This document shows, piece after piece, positions 1-12,248 of a DNA stretch of 42,489 nucleotides; within the stretch, counting starts at the first letter, position 1, and each line of letters opens with the position of its first letter. The DNA is from Batkoa obscura (Eukaryota). Below the pieces are notes generated by a model. It saw only the letters and a list, made by a program, of their open reading frames with translations. It did no database searches and was not told the DNA's origin. Location of the stretch: contig JASVEC010000144.1 of assembly GCA_030770535.1 (NCBI GenBank), positions 1 to 42,489 on the forward strand. The letters run 5' to 3'. A program made the translations under genes and the position numbers.

Positions 1-12
1 TTTACAAGGCTG

Positions 13-566
13 TTATTTAGCCCATGGTATATTTTTCTCAATAGCTAAATTGTATGCTTTTAGTAAATAGGAGTATACCAAAGTATAATAAAAATTGAAA
101 ATATCAATGATTCTCTTTTGATAAAGAATAATGGCTTCATCGATTCTTTTTTCTCGTCTCTTTAAATATACGCTGATATATTTTTCATAGAGATTCGATA
201 CTCCATTGCTGGAGGGAAGAGTAATATACAATAGCATGACGATTTTTAACTCGTAATATAAGGGAAACCTAAACAAAAGATTACAATTAAAAATTATTAT
301 CAAATTTTAGTCGACTTACCAGAAAATTAACGTGTCTCCAATATATTGTAGAAAATTAAAACAAGCCATAACAACAAATAACTTTAAATAATATTCATAA
401 GTTTCAAAAGGAATTTGGCGATCTTTAATCTTTAGTAATTTGTATAATTTATACGCTGGATATAGATTGCCTAGAAATAAACTGTTGGAGTTTAGAAGGA
501 TTAGTTGGTTCCATGAAGGAAAGCAGTTGATACTTACTTGATTAAATTACATATAAATTGATACAT
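13..566 (-). CDS. REEP/Yop1/HVA22 (TB2/DP1) family ER-shaping protein, 3 exons (566-538, ~481-320, ~269-13)
   Basis: Manual splicing with GT-AG introns gives MYQFICNLIN LFLGNLYPAYKLYKLLK...GDTLIFW FPLYYELKIVMLLYITLP. LYPAY and WFPxYYELK are TB2/DP1 motifs. Confidence 0.85.
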
Positions 567-799
567 TTTTTAAAATAAATATTCTAAAAAAATTTAAAAA
601 GTTTGAGTTTATTTTTTAATTTAATTTTTTATTTTTATTGTTAAATGAGATCACTAAAGTTTGGATTCTCTTAGTTAAGTAATAGAAGCTTAAATCTAAA
701 TCCAAGTGGAGTTAATTAAAAATAGTAATAGTGGTATTTAAGAAGGAAGTATAATTTATTATATATAAAAAATGAACTAAAAATAATGGGATAATATTC

Positions 800-2212
800 T
801 TAATATTTTGAAGTTTTTTGATAAACTCTAATATAATCAATGATATAAGATTGCTTCCAAGTTTTATAATCTTCATTTGGATTATATTTAGCACCTGAAA
901 AGAAAGTACCACCTACAGCTAAATTTAATAACATAATAAAATCTTGATCCCAAGGTTGACCTAGTTTTGTGTAAGGTGTATTGTTATGCAATAAAGGAGA
1001 TGTCCAATTTCTATTAGTTTCTAATTGATATGTGAATCGATTATTAACATAAAATTTAATACTGTTTTCATTCCAATCTAAACCATAAATATTAAATTCA
1101 TTAGCTAATCCTTCTTGAACATATTGTAAATTAGAGTAAACGTTATTTGGCCATTGTCCACCATAATGAATAGCATGACCAATTTCATTTGGTTTTTGTC
1201 CACGTGATTCCATTATATCAAATTCACCAGATGCTGCCCAAGTACCATATTTATAATTGGAAGGTAACATCCAAAAAGCTGGCCATAGAAAATTACCGAT
1301 GGGTATTTTAGCTTTCATTTCAAATCTTCCATATTTCCATTTACCACCTTGATCCGCTCTAGTATGGATTCTTGCGGATCTTACTGCTTTTCTATTTGTA
1401 CAAGCCCCACGTGCAATAGAATCTGGATCTGCGTTGCATTTATCATAGGGCATTAAAGCATACCCTTCAGGGGCTCTTATTGCTGTCATGATTAAATTTC
1501 CATCCTGTACTTTTAAAACATCATCATGAGCTACATAGCATTGTTCTTCATCATTGCCACCACCCAAACAATTCACTTCAAATTCCCATTTATTTAAATC
1601 TAATTTATTGCCATCAAATTCATCATTCCATACTAATTTATAATTTGAGGGTAAAGGAGGACTTTCTACTATGCCTTCTTCCGATTTTATAGGGTAATCT
1701 GAGGTACTATTAGTAGTATTTTTACCACTATTGGTACTAGTACTGTTGCTATTAGCAGTGCCACTTTCAGTAATCATATCTTCTTTACCCTCCTCTGTTT
1801 CCGTTGATGTACTATTATTGTTATTGCCAGCCTCATAACCTTTACTACCCTTAGAACATTCATCTTCCTCTAACCACTCATAATAGAAATCTTTATCTAA
1901 TATATAACCACTCTTCCTTTGATTACAATTTTCAAATAGTGGGACAAATTTAAAATTACTAGTATCAGTATCATTTTTCATTCCGTTTTTAGATGCTTCT
2001 TTAGTACCACTTTTCATTGTAGTTACATACGCTCGATTACCACTTTTCCCTATTCCTAAACCATAGGCAGGGACTAATACCCTTTTATCCTCAATAGTTT
2101 GGTTTTTAGCTTTTGTTGAAGCATTCGTAGTATTGTTTTGCAATGATTGTACTTGGGTTATTAATTGAATCAATTTAGGCACAGAAGGTATTTTCCAGTT
2201 AGACGTACTCAT
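800..2212 (-). CDS. GH16 beta-1,3-glucanase (laminarinase/beta-GRP-like) with N-terminal extension and S/T/N-rich linker
   Basis: 470-aa ORF containing LVWNDEFDG, WKYGRFEMKAKIP, WPAFWMLP, catalytic EFDIME (ExDxxE), LLNLAVGG and IDYIRVYQ. Confidence 0.92.
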   Translation of the reverse strand: MSTSNWKIPSVPKLIQLITQVQSLQNNTTNASTKAKNQTIEDKRVLVPAYGLGIGKSGNRAYVTTMKSGTKEASKNGMKNDTDTSNFKFVPLFENCNQRKSGYILDKDFYYEWLEEDECSKGSKGYEAGNNNNSTSTETEEGKEDMITESGTANSNSTSTNSGKNTTNSTSDYPIKSEEGIVESPPLPSNYKLVWNDEFDGNKLDLNKWEFEVNCLGGGNDEEQCYVAHDDVLKVQDGNLIMTAIRAPEGYALMPYDKCNADPDSIARGACTNRKAVRSARIHTRADQGGKWKYGRFEMKAKIPIGNFLWPAFWMLPSNYKYGTWAASGEFDIMESRGQKPNEIGHAIHYGGQWPNNVYSNLQYVQEGLANEFNIYGLDWNENSIKFYVNNRFTYQLETNRNWTSPLLHNNTPYTKLGQPWDQDFIMLLNLAVGGTFFSGAKYNPNEDYKTWKQSYIIDYIRVYQKTSKY

Positions 2213-3336
2213 TGTCCTTTATGAGATCTAAAGCAAATGAATTTAAGTTTATGATTATAAAGTTTAGGGATTTAGTTTATATATAATTTTGATTTTTTAC
2301 ATTTTACTCTTCAAATATTTGAATCGTTTGGGTTGATTCAGTCAAGTTTAATGAATTTCTCAAATTTTATTGGTTCCTCTTTTTACGCTAAAAATTGATA
2401 AATTGAGTGACTTTATTTTTTCTCACTTGATCGTTTGGATGCTTTTGTTACATTTTAAAAACAATAGTGGTTATAAAGATAAATATAAACATAATTCTAT
2501 TATCTATTTTAATATATTAAATTAAAAAGCAATTGATGATGTTTCATAATAATCTATATTATTACTCTTTTTTTCTTAAATTTAGTAAATTTAGATTAAA
2601 AAAATATAAAATTATTAAGATATAAATTCAAATACTAATTTTAATAATATCTTAAATGCTATATTGCTTTATTATCTTTAATTTAGAAAGGTACTCATCA
2701 TCCTTATTAACATGTCTTCTCATTCACCAATATTTCAGAGATTACCTGCGTTAAAATAATCCAATTTAAAGAAGTAGGCTCTAATTTATAACAATCATAT
2801 AAATAAGAAAATTCTGACTTTAAACAATTTTTAAATTTAAAGCTTGGATTAACTGATAAAAGGATGTTGGAAAAGTTATAAAGAAATTTGGGGTCTAACA
2901 AATGTTTTTTAATAGCCATTTTCCGTTTCTTATGTCGAAAAATTGAACACAATATTAACTTTTAAGTAAAGCCTGTCTACTTTTCATGACATATTTAGTT
3001 GATTTTACTAATAAATATTACATATATTTTATATATAGCTTGGAATGCTACGTGTAATTTAATGTCATCATTCTATTTAGAAAAATAACTAAAATGAAAA
3101 ATACGGAACTGTTTATCAGCATATTTGTTCATATTGAAGAAACTGACAAGAGCCAGAATAATTATACTTAATAAAATCAGGACCATGGTAAGCTTTATCG
3201 CTATTCAACTTTGTAGGGCTATCTTAAAATTAATCAATAACTTAATAGAATCTTTACCATGCTTTAAAGTAAGTCAAACATCAAAGTTAGCTAATAAAGA
3301 TTTGATAGCAAATTTAGTTAAATTATTAATACATAT

Positions 3337-3427
3337 GGGGATTTATTTAAGAATTTCACTAACAATTTTTCCACTCAAATAGCATTTAAAAGATAGAAAA
3401 AGTAATGAAGCCAAAAAAAACACCCTC
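3337..3427 (-). mobile_element. ~97-bp Sola2-type MITE copy (strand arbitrary; + = copy starting GGGGATGTTTTTTTGGYTTCATT)
   Basis: GGGG...CCTC ends, internal body matches family; flanks ATAT/GTAT. Confidence 0.8.
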
Positions 3428-4389
3428 GTATATATACTTTAGGTGCAACTTCTTTATTTTTTTATCTAAAGTTCTCTTCGGAATAAAAGGTAGGATCAAT
3501 ATTAAAATTATTTTTTAGTGGTACATTTATATCCCCTTAAATATTACTAATTGGGGAAAAATTATCACTATTGAAATAATTATAAGCTAAGAGAAGAGAT
3601 TTAAAGATCTATTTGAGTTATACTCTTATGACTGCTTTTTATGATGAATTATATTGATATTTCTTTTCTCTACATATATCATCAATATACGAAATTGCTC
3701 TAGAACACTTATAAATAGTTTAAAAAATTAATAATATAATACTATTAACTTATATAATCATTTGTTTATAATTTTGATATGTATAAAGGTTTTTTAAAGA
3801 TTCCTTACATATTTTAATGCAACTTGGAAAATGATCGGAAGCTTTCAAAGGTCTTTTGTATTATAAACATCTTTTTGAACATATAAACAATAGCCTTTCA
3901 CAGTTTTCTTTTAATTATTAATATAAACTCAATCGTTTACTTCAAGGACATTTAAAAAAACTATAAAGAACGTTACTTGATTCCCACAGAATACTTGATT
4001 ACATCATTTAACTTTTTTATTCTTTTGAAAGGCCTATAGTCCAAGTATTCTAATTACTATGCAGTTTTAATATCATGTCAAAACGTAGTAAAAATAAAGT
4101 TATTATACAAACTTAAGAATAAAAATCCAAAAAATCGATAGTTGATTTTATTAAGTTAAAAAATGTACATGCTACTGTGCAACAACCTAAAAGAAATAGT
4201 CGAAAAGTAGCTGCTTCAAACTATTTTAATACTAAACTGTAGTAAAGTAAAAGTATTTCTATTATAATTTAAAGTGAAATTAAATGTTACTCTTGGGTAC
4301 AGTTATTAAATACTTTGATTTTTTGTATGTTATTTTAGCAATTAAGGGTATTTAAAAATCGCTATAAATAAGTGCCTAGCCTGCTCACC

Positions 4390-4463
4390 TATTTAGATGA
4401 CTTTTACCCGTCTAAAACCTTAGAACCTATTTAAGTTTTAGATGGGTAAAGGCTGTCTATATA
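4390..4463. repeat. Long imperfect inverted repeat (hairpin)
   Basis: TAGATGACTTTTACCCGTCTAAAAC pairs with GTTTTAGATGGGTAAAGGCTGTCTA: 25-bp stem, 4 G-U and 1 mismatch on the + strand. Confidence 0.8.
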
Positions 4464-4751
4464 TCAGTTGAATTGTCGGTTGATCATTATTATCCAGTTT
4501 TTTAAAAATTAAACCAGGAATTCAGCATACACAGTTAGAGATATGTATAACAGATATTTAAAAAAACAATAATTTAATGTTACTATGAAAATTCTGGCCA
4601 ATAAAGACAAAAAATTAAACTAATCAACTAATTAATTGGCTTTTATGAAAGTAAACTGTGAAATTAATTTGTAACAGAAGGGGTTAAAAGTTAGACTAGA
4701 GTTAGATGTTTTTTTCGCTTCTCTGGATTTAAATTTCAAAAATCAACATAT

Positions 4752-4848
4752 GGGGTTGTTTTTTTGGCTTGATTACTTTTTCTATCTTTTAAATGTTATT
4801 TGAGTGGAAAGATTGTAGTAAAATCCTTAAACAAAAAAACATATCCCC
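4752..4848 (+). mobile_element. MITE copy
   Basis: GGGG...CCCC ends, TSD ATAT/ATAT. Confidence 0.9.
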
Positions 4849-5094
4849 ATATAAATATTTTTTGCTTCAGTACTTTATCCATTATCTGTGTAACGAAGAT
4901 TTTTCTAGTTAAATATTAGTATAAAATATTTACATATGACTGTTTATAAATAAATGGGAAATGATTTTAATGTGAAAATGTCTTGTTTTAGTATTACTAT
5001 TTTCTTTATTCTATATTGTATAAAATTAGACAAAGAAACGAAATTATATAAGACACTTAACATTTTATATAAATTGTTTTTTTACTTAGAATTT

Positions 5095-5191
5095 GAGGAT
5101 GTTTTTTTGGCTTTATTACTTTTTCTATCTTTTAAGTACATTTGAGCGGAAAAGTTATTAGTAAAATCCTTAAATACAAAAATACATCCCT
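5095..5191 (+). mobile_element. MITE copy
   Basis: GAGG...CCCT ends, TSD ATTT/ATTT. Confidence 0.9.
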
Positions 5192-5920
5192 ATTTGTTAA
5201 AACTGTTTTTTTAACATTTAGATGAAAGTAGTTAAACATTCTCTACATTTTTGTACTAAGCTTTAGACTCACTATAAACGGACGTAGTGAGTCTCTTTTC
5301 ATAGTTAAACCAACACTCAGCTATACATTTTATAAAAAACAGCATATAAAATTTGATTTGATATTAACCCACTTATAAATAATTACTAGTATCAGAGTAA
5401 GGTCTGGAATTCATTAGTAACCTCTTTAATGCTAATTTAGATAGTTTCAAGTCATTATCGCAGTCAAGAATGATGGGCGTCATTATTTTCTATAAATTTT
5501 TATAAAATTCATTTCGTTTTATAATTAAGTGCCAATCGAAAAAACATTAAGAAAATTGAAAGTTTAACTAGCCTGTATATGGCAAACGTAAGTTAGAGTT
5601 AGTGAGATTAAGAAAAGTTTATTTTTTAACTAGTTAAGGGAGAGCTAATCAGTCTCTTTCAACTTGTCTAAAAATTGACTTTTTATCAAAAAGAATAGAA
5701 ACTCACAAAAGGGTTCCTAATATCCTTGACTGCGACTCAAGCCTTAAATAGCTTTTATATCTTGCTATTCAGATAATTATGTCATAAGCTTAATTTCTAG
5801 AGACAATAATTGGCTTAATGAAGCAAGCATTATCTAAAATTTATAAATAATTGTTTATCTATCAACCTAATTAAACTAAAATATAATATTATAATCTAAA
5901 AGCAACAATAAATCTTGAAG

Positions 5921-5928
5921 TATAAAAA
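5921..5928 (+). promoter_or_regulatory. Probable TATA box of P450 gene 1
   Basis: TGAAGTATAAAAA ~40 nt upstream of the ATG; the same motif occurs at the same distance upstream of the paralog (13200-13212). Confidence 0.6.
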
Positions 5929-5961
5929 GAAGATATTAGACCTTAAGAAATAAACTAAAAA

Positions 5962-7544
5962 ATGATTTTATATATTTTATTATCCTTTATACTTTTGTTT
6001 TCCTACATTTGTTTCAAATTCCGTCCTAATAGAAATGTAGCCCAACTACCTAGTGTAAATATACTGATGATATTTTATCATATATTATGTGGAACCTCTG
6101 GACAGTTAATAGATAAACTTTTAATAAATCCTCTACTTTCAAAAAATCAATTTATAACCGTGTTCTTAGGTCGGTGGTTTATATTAGTAAAAGATATGGA
6201 TATCATCAAAAAAATACTCCTTGATGATACAGCTTTTGTTAAAATTAAACAGAATGAAATGATGTTTGATTTTGGATTAATAGAAGAAAATATTGCTGAA
6301 GTGGATAAAAAGAAGTGGAAAGTACATAAAAAAGTAGTTAATCCAGCATTTAAAAGGGGATGGGATTTAGAGATTTTTATAACCGTGGCAAATAAAATTT
6401 GTGATAAAATCCAGAATGCCAGTGACCAAGAAATTGAAGTTATGGAAATTTTTAAAGCTGGTACCTTAGATAGCTTAGGGTTAGCTGTGTTTGATATCGA
6501 TTTTAATACTATCAGTAATCAAGATAATGAGATGGCTTACTTATATAACAATCTCGTCAATGAAATCTTAAACCCCTTGTTTTTTATGCTACCTTTTTTA
6601 AATCACTTTCCCTTTCCATCAAGAATGAAATTATATAGTGATGCTGCTAAGTTTCGTGGCCATATAAAAAGACTGATTGATGACGAAAGAAAAAAATTGG
6701 CTGTATCTGGTAATAATGAAAAAGGTTCCAATCTGTTATCATTGATGATACAATCTTCTGATGAGGAATCGGAAGGACTTACTGATGAGTTGATTATAGT
6801 AATTACTGATTTCGTTTTAATATAACCCTTTTCTTATTTTTTACACTTTAGAATAATGCCATTGTGTTTTTTATTGCTGGACATGACTCAACTGCCCACG
6901 CACTAAATTCAGTTACTTACTATTTAGCTAAGCATCCAGTAATATTAATTACATGAAAATAATTTCAATACTAATTAATAATTAATAACTAGGAAATCCA
7001 ACAAAAACTGAGACAAAAAATAAAAGATGTACTAGGACCAAAAAATCCGTTAAAAGAGTTAAGTTCCAATCATGCTATTTTAAATGAAATTGTTTATTTA
7101 GATGCTGTAATTTATGAAACTTTAAGATCCATTCCAGTAGCAAATACACTTACTCGTAAATCAAACCGACCAGTTACTTTAGAAAATAATCTAAGAATAG
7201 TCCCGAATCAATCCATCATGTTACATATAGGACTTGCAATGAAGGATCCAACTTTATTTAAAAACCCAGAAGAATTTCAACCCGAACGTTTTTTAATTGT
7301 TGAAGATAATCAAACTAAAATTGATAAAAAAATGACCAACTTGTTACTTACTTTTGGTTATGGTACTAGAATGTGTATAGGCAATCAGCTCTCTTTGTTG
7401 GAGCAAAAAGTGTTTTTGATTGCTTTATTATCAAAGTTTAATATATCCTTACCTGAAAATTCACCACATCATGACTATCCTGTTTTACCTCCAGTAGGTT
7501 TGTTTAGTCCTAAAGACCTAAAGGTTAAATTCACGAAGATCTGA
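5962..7544 (+). CDS. Cytochrome P450, intact, 3 exons (5962-6798, 6852-6938, 6993-7544), ~491 aa
   Basis: N-terminal membrane anchor, WKVHKK, I-helix AGHDST, ETLR, PERF and heme motif FGYGTRMCIG. Splicing gives an uninterrupted frame. Confidence 0.93.
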
Positions 7545-8521
7545 ATGTATTTTATGAAACCCTACATCATTTGTTTTTGTATAATTTCTCATAACACCTG
7601 AATAAATGATTTAAACGTTAAATTTTTAATGTCATATTTTGATTATTTTAATAACTAATAGATATCAGATAATTTTGTATATTTTCAGAATTATATTTTC
7701 ATGTTGGATTTTTTTCAGAAGTACGTGCTTAATGCAGTGTTTATTTAAGAGAAAAAACGGCTATTAAGTAATAAGCATTAGAAAATCTTAGAAGAAGATA
7801 AATACTTTAGAGTTAGTTGAAGTTTTTAGTCCAAACAACCCTATCTTAAGAGTCCTTTTACCCAATTTAGATTTGTTCAATCTAAACGTAGTTAAAAAGA
7901 GTTGATTAATTAGAAAGTGTCTCCATTCGGAATTAAATAAGGAAATAAGGACTAGGTCACACATTCCCCAAATAGAATTTTGCAATAGTGTGTATAGACA
8001 ATCTATATTACAGTTCATACTAATTCTTATGGTCTTGTTTTCAGAAATAATGCAAACAATTTAAGGTAAAGGTACAACTATCTCTATATAATTATCACCC
8101 ATTTAAAATTCTAATCATCTTTGCTTTTAAACAATATATTTAAATGTTCTTTGTTTGATCATTAAATGTTTTTGTTTGTTACTTTTAGTGTCATTTATTC
8201 TATAAATTGGTATAAATGCCAGCTAGTCTAATTCTTTCTTATTAATAATAAATTTCTTATAATCAAAATCATAAAGTCAAATATCTAAGATGAGTAAATA
8301 AAGCCATATATTTATTCTTTACATTGTCATAATACTTATAAACAGCTTTAAATTGATTATGAATAATTTCAACTCTTATAAGCATTTATTAACAAAATTG
8401 ACGCATATTATAGACCTACTTTATTCAATTTATAAGTGATATTTCTATAAAATTTATTTTTATAAAATTAACAAAATCTTAAATAAAAACACTTAAAAAA
8501 ACAAAAAAGATATAAACATAT

Positions 8522-8550
8522 GGGGTTGTCTGAATTAGTTTCATTATTTT
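8522..8550. mobile_element. Terminal inverted repeat (3' end) of Sola2-like element
   Basis: ATAT then GGGGTTGTCTGAATTAGTTTCA; 19/22 match to the terminus at 25357; lies ~440 nt downstream of the transposase stop. Confidence 0.6.
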
Positions 8551-9363
8551 ATCCAATTTTTGAAAAATTTTGTATTTTAAACTTCGCTTAAAATTCTATA
8601 AAATCATATCTTTTATTAAAACAAAAGTACCCGGACACAGTTCTAAATGATTTTATTATAGTTCATACTGTAAGTTAGTTGAATTTCTACTAGATCTTAA
8701 ATACATAGTCTTATAAAGCTTAATTGAGAAATATTTATTATCAACTGCTTTATAACCAACATTGTAGATTTGTTATCAAATAAATAAACTATTTTAATGT
8801 TATAATTACATTATGAATATATTGTCAAGTTAATAAATAGCTGCATGGAAGGAAGTGATTAGCCCCAAAACTATAATTAACTATCCCTATATAGTACAAT
8901 AATAGTTTTTACATATTATTGCAGTTACTTGTTCTTTGACTATTTATTAACTTAGCTATTAATAACTTAAGTAATCTTAACATTTAACAATCTATTTCTA
9001 TCATTCAACAAACTACTTACTTGCTTAGTAAATATCGAAAATTTTAACTTCTCTGTTATCTTCGTAAGGTAAGCTGGGATCGATCTTTTAGTTTTTCTAT
9101 TTTCTATAGACTCTATAATTCTAATTGGAACTATATCGCTCTTTTTTGATGTATCAGATACTGGATAACAATGTAGTTTATTGTTATGTTTAATAAAATG
9201 TAAATATTCTTAATGCCCTGTATCTCTATTATTCTTTTTGTATTTTTTTTTGTTTCATACTTTTTAAAAATTATATCTATTTTCCCATTATTAACAGTCG
9301 AGTTATTAATTCTGTTATGCTCACAAATAAAAACCTCAAATCTTGAAATTAATTGATTGATAT

Positions 9364-9461
9364 GGGGATGTATTTTTTTGTTTAAGAATTTTACTAACAG
9401 TTTTCCCACTCAAATAGTGCTTAAAAAAGGGAAAAATAATGAAACCAAAAAAAACAGCCCC
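9364..9461 (-). mobile_element. MITE copy inserted in the transposase
   Basis: GGGG...CCCC, TSD ATAT/ATAT; excision restores the transposase frame. Confidence 0.93.
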
Positions 9462-9886
9462 ATATGTTCTATTTTACCTAACGCTTCAAAACTACTTTTC
9501 CATTTTGAAAGGTTTCCAAAATGTCCATCAACTATACTTTTTCCATGATGCTCAGCAAAAAAATTAAGACTAACATCCAAACTACTATTTATTTTATGAA
9601 TTTCTTTAAACATATAGTGTAGAAACTCTTGGGATCTAAAATGATTTCCTGTATCTGCCCATATATTAATTTTTGTAAACTTTTTAAATAGAAGCTCTGT
9701 AGATATCAAATTGATTGAGCAATCTCCTGCATATGCTGAATCATGATTTAATATTTCAGATAAATAATCAAAGTAAACTTTGCCTATTGTTTTATCATCT
9801 TTTAAATATAAAACACCAAAGCCTAATACTAATATAGCTTGTTTATTATAATGATCTAGATTTATTGAATCCGGTCTTGTTCCTAT

Positions 9887-10350
9887 TGTGAAATATCGCT
9901 TTGTCAGTCCCAGAGTTAATATAGCATAACAATCGCCTAAGCTGTTGTGTTCTCGAGTTCAGAGAAAATCAATCCCACATTCTTATTTTGATTTGCTATG
10001 AGAATTTCTAGCTCTATCCCAAAGAACATTATCTTCTCATTTTGATACTTATACTTTTCAGAGTATAAAAGAGTTTACAGAGTATAGTAGTTCGAGGCTT
10101 TTTAACTGAGTTATTTCTTGATATCTCGAACATTTAATAAAGCCACTAAGTTCTCTCAATAATATTTTACATATATTTTTACATTAGTATTGTCTATTCT
10201 ATTTGTTTTATATAGCTTATAACCTATTACGTGGTATTCTTCATAATCCAAGTCTATCTTAGTCACATAAACTAAGACCTTTCGACTTATAGTGTAGTCA
10301 ACCCAGCAATAACTGTTCTTGACTCCAAACCCTGAGTACCAGATTTCACA
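9887..10350 (+). mobile_element. Solo LTR (464 bp) inserted in the transposase
   Basis: TGTGAAAT...ATTTCACA termini, TSD CTAT/CTAT, TATAAAA (10064) followed by AATAAA (10136); three other copies in the window. Confidence 0.85.
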
Positions 10351-10713
10351 CTATTTCCATATTTTGTTTAAAATCTAAAATTATTATACAACTTTTGTTA
10401 TTTAATTTTTTAATAGTTTCATTAAATGTGTTTTTTTGAGCATCAACACAGAATTTATGTAATTTGTATAACTTTTCTTCGTTGAAAATTTCTTCTATCT
10501 CTGCTTTGTTTTTTATTGCTATATTTATTTTGTTTTCGAATAACTTTTTTCTAACTGTATACTGAGCACATATATTACATAGATCCGTTTTTCTTGCTGG
10601 ATTTTTGAAATTACTTGGTACATATTTAAAGAGCGTTGACCTAGCTGCTGCTTTATCTCTTAGATCATTAAAATATTTACTGTATATCATTCTTCTACTT
10701 TTATTTGATATAT

Positions 10714-10811
10714 GGGAGTGTTTTTTTTTTACTTCATTACTTTTCCATTTTTAAACGCTATTTAAGCGGAAAATTTGTTAGTAAAATTCTTAAACGCAAA
10801 AATACATCCCC
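10714..10811 (+). mobile_element. MITE copy inserted in the transposase 5' region
   Basis: GGGA...CCCC, TSD ATAT/ATAT. Confidence 0.9.
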
Positions 10812-11353
10812 ATATACTTATTTAAAATTGAACTTTAGCAGTTGTTGGAAATCTTTTAATTAGTCGAATCAAAATCAAACTACTTCTAAAATTCGATTCT
10901 TTAGGAGCTTTTTCCAGTTTTTCGTTATTGATTATTATAATAATAAAACTTTAATGTCCACTTTTAAAAGTATTGAAAAAGTTATAATAAATATTATTTC
11001 TTTGGAAAAAATCCACTATTATTGCTATGGAATAAGTATTTTTAAGAAAATATTATATTGAAGATGAATTTTCTTACACTAAACTTAAAGGTGAAACTAT
11101 CAACAACTTTTCCTATTGATTTAAAAAGGGTTATAAGTTATCGAGTAATGGCATTGGATGAATTATTGAAGAGCGATTGTTTTGAACTATTCTAATGTTA
11201 AACATTAATAAGATAAAAGTCCTTCTATCAAGATCTAAAGGATAGGCAATTACTACTCTTGATTAAGATTATATACATCAACCTCATTAGAGCATGAAGC
11301 TATGAATATGACATCATATAAATTTAAAACAACTTTTATTTAAAAAATAATTT

Positions 11354-11450
11354 GGCAGTGTATTTTTGTGTTTAAGAATTTTACTACAATTTTTTCGTTA
11401 AATAGTACTTAAAAGATAGAAAAAGTAATGAAGCCAAAAAAGACACCCCT
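11354..11450 (-). mobile_element. MITE copy (diverged)
   Basis: Family body; ends GGCA...CCCT; flanks ATTT/ATAT. Confidence 0.8.
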
Positions 11451-12152
11451 ATATATTAAAATAAAAGATATCAAAATAAAGATAAGGTATTTTCTATCAG
11501 CTGCCTAACAGCTTGCTTTTTCATCCATTTACAAAACAATGGATGATAACCATTAATAGAACCATAGACATATGCCTTACCATGTAAAGATAGTAATTTT
11601 TTTATTAGCGTTTTAATATGTACCTTTAAATACTGCAAGTTTCAATTCTAATTTTTTGCTATTATGCTAAAGAGTATTTTCTCTTTCAATCAATATCTCC
11701 TAAGCTTTTTGATTAACTTCATTTTATAATACTATAGCTCAATTTCCGATAATAATATGGAATATAGACTTTTGCAATATAAAAACCCTCAGAGATTGAG
11801 GAATTATCAGTATTCATACTATTATCGAAATCTTCTAAGCTCTTCTCTGGTTGAGGTTCCATGGCCTTGTTGATAATATTATAAATCAAGTAAGTGAGTC
11901 TTAAAATCCTAAGAAAGTAAAGGAGCCCCTTTAGTTACATGAATGCAACCTGTGTGAATGATTATTTTTAATAAACTAGTAGATAGTTTTAAACTGTCCA
12001 TGGTAAACTAATTTGAAATTAGGATGCAGTTGTTTAGTCTTTTCTATACACTTTTTAGACTTAATTACTTATAGCTTTTTAATTAAATCTATTTCAACTT
12101 TAAAATTGATTTTGTATCAGTCTTTTTAGCAGATGTTTCAGTGAAACAGCTT

Positions 12153-12248
12153 GAGACTGTTTTTTTTGGTTTCATTATTTTTCCATTTTTTAAGCACTAT
12201 TGAGTGGAAAGGTTGTAGTAAAATTCTTAAACAAAAAAATCCATCCCC
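12153..12248 (+). mobile_element. MITE copy
   Basis: GAGA...CCCC; flanks GCTT/GTTT. Confidence 0.85.

Larger units (their letters stand above)
8967..10930 (-). pseudogene. Sola2-like DDD transposase pseudogene interrupted by two MITEs and a solo LTR
   Basis: Motifs DLCNIC, IILDFKQN, NHD, WADTGNHFRS and FFAEHHGKSIVDGHFG. Removing the LTR and the 9364 MITE with one TSD each rejoins the frame (QNMEI-GTRPD; GKIEH-INQLI). Residual frameshifts near 9195 and 10830; the 5' boundary is approximate. Confidence 0.82.

Noticed and set aside
5265..5294. Hairpin AGACTCACTAT...GTAGTGAGTCT containing GACTCACTATA from the T7 promoter
   Set aside because: Only 11 nt match, without TAATAC or the downstream G; no vector context. 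The 11-bp stem is real but no function can be supported.
9360..9465. Reading the MITE as a TA-targeting Tc1/mariner derivative
   Set aside because: Fits only ATAT sites; AAAT, ATTT and AAAC duplications at other copies require a 4-bp TSD.
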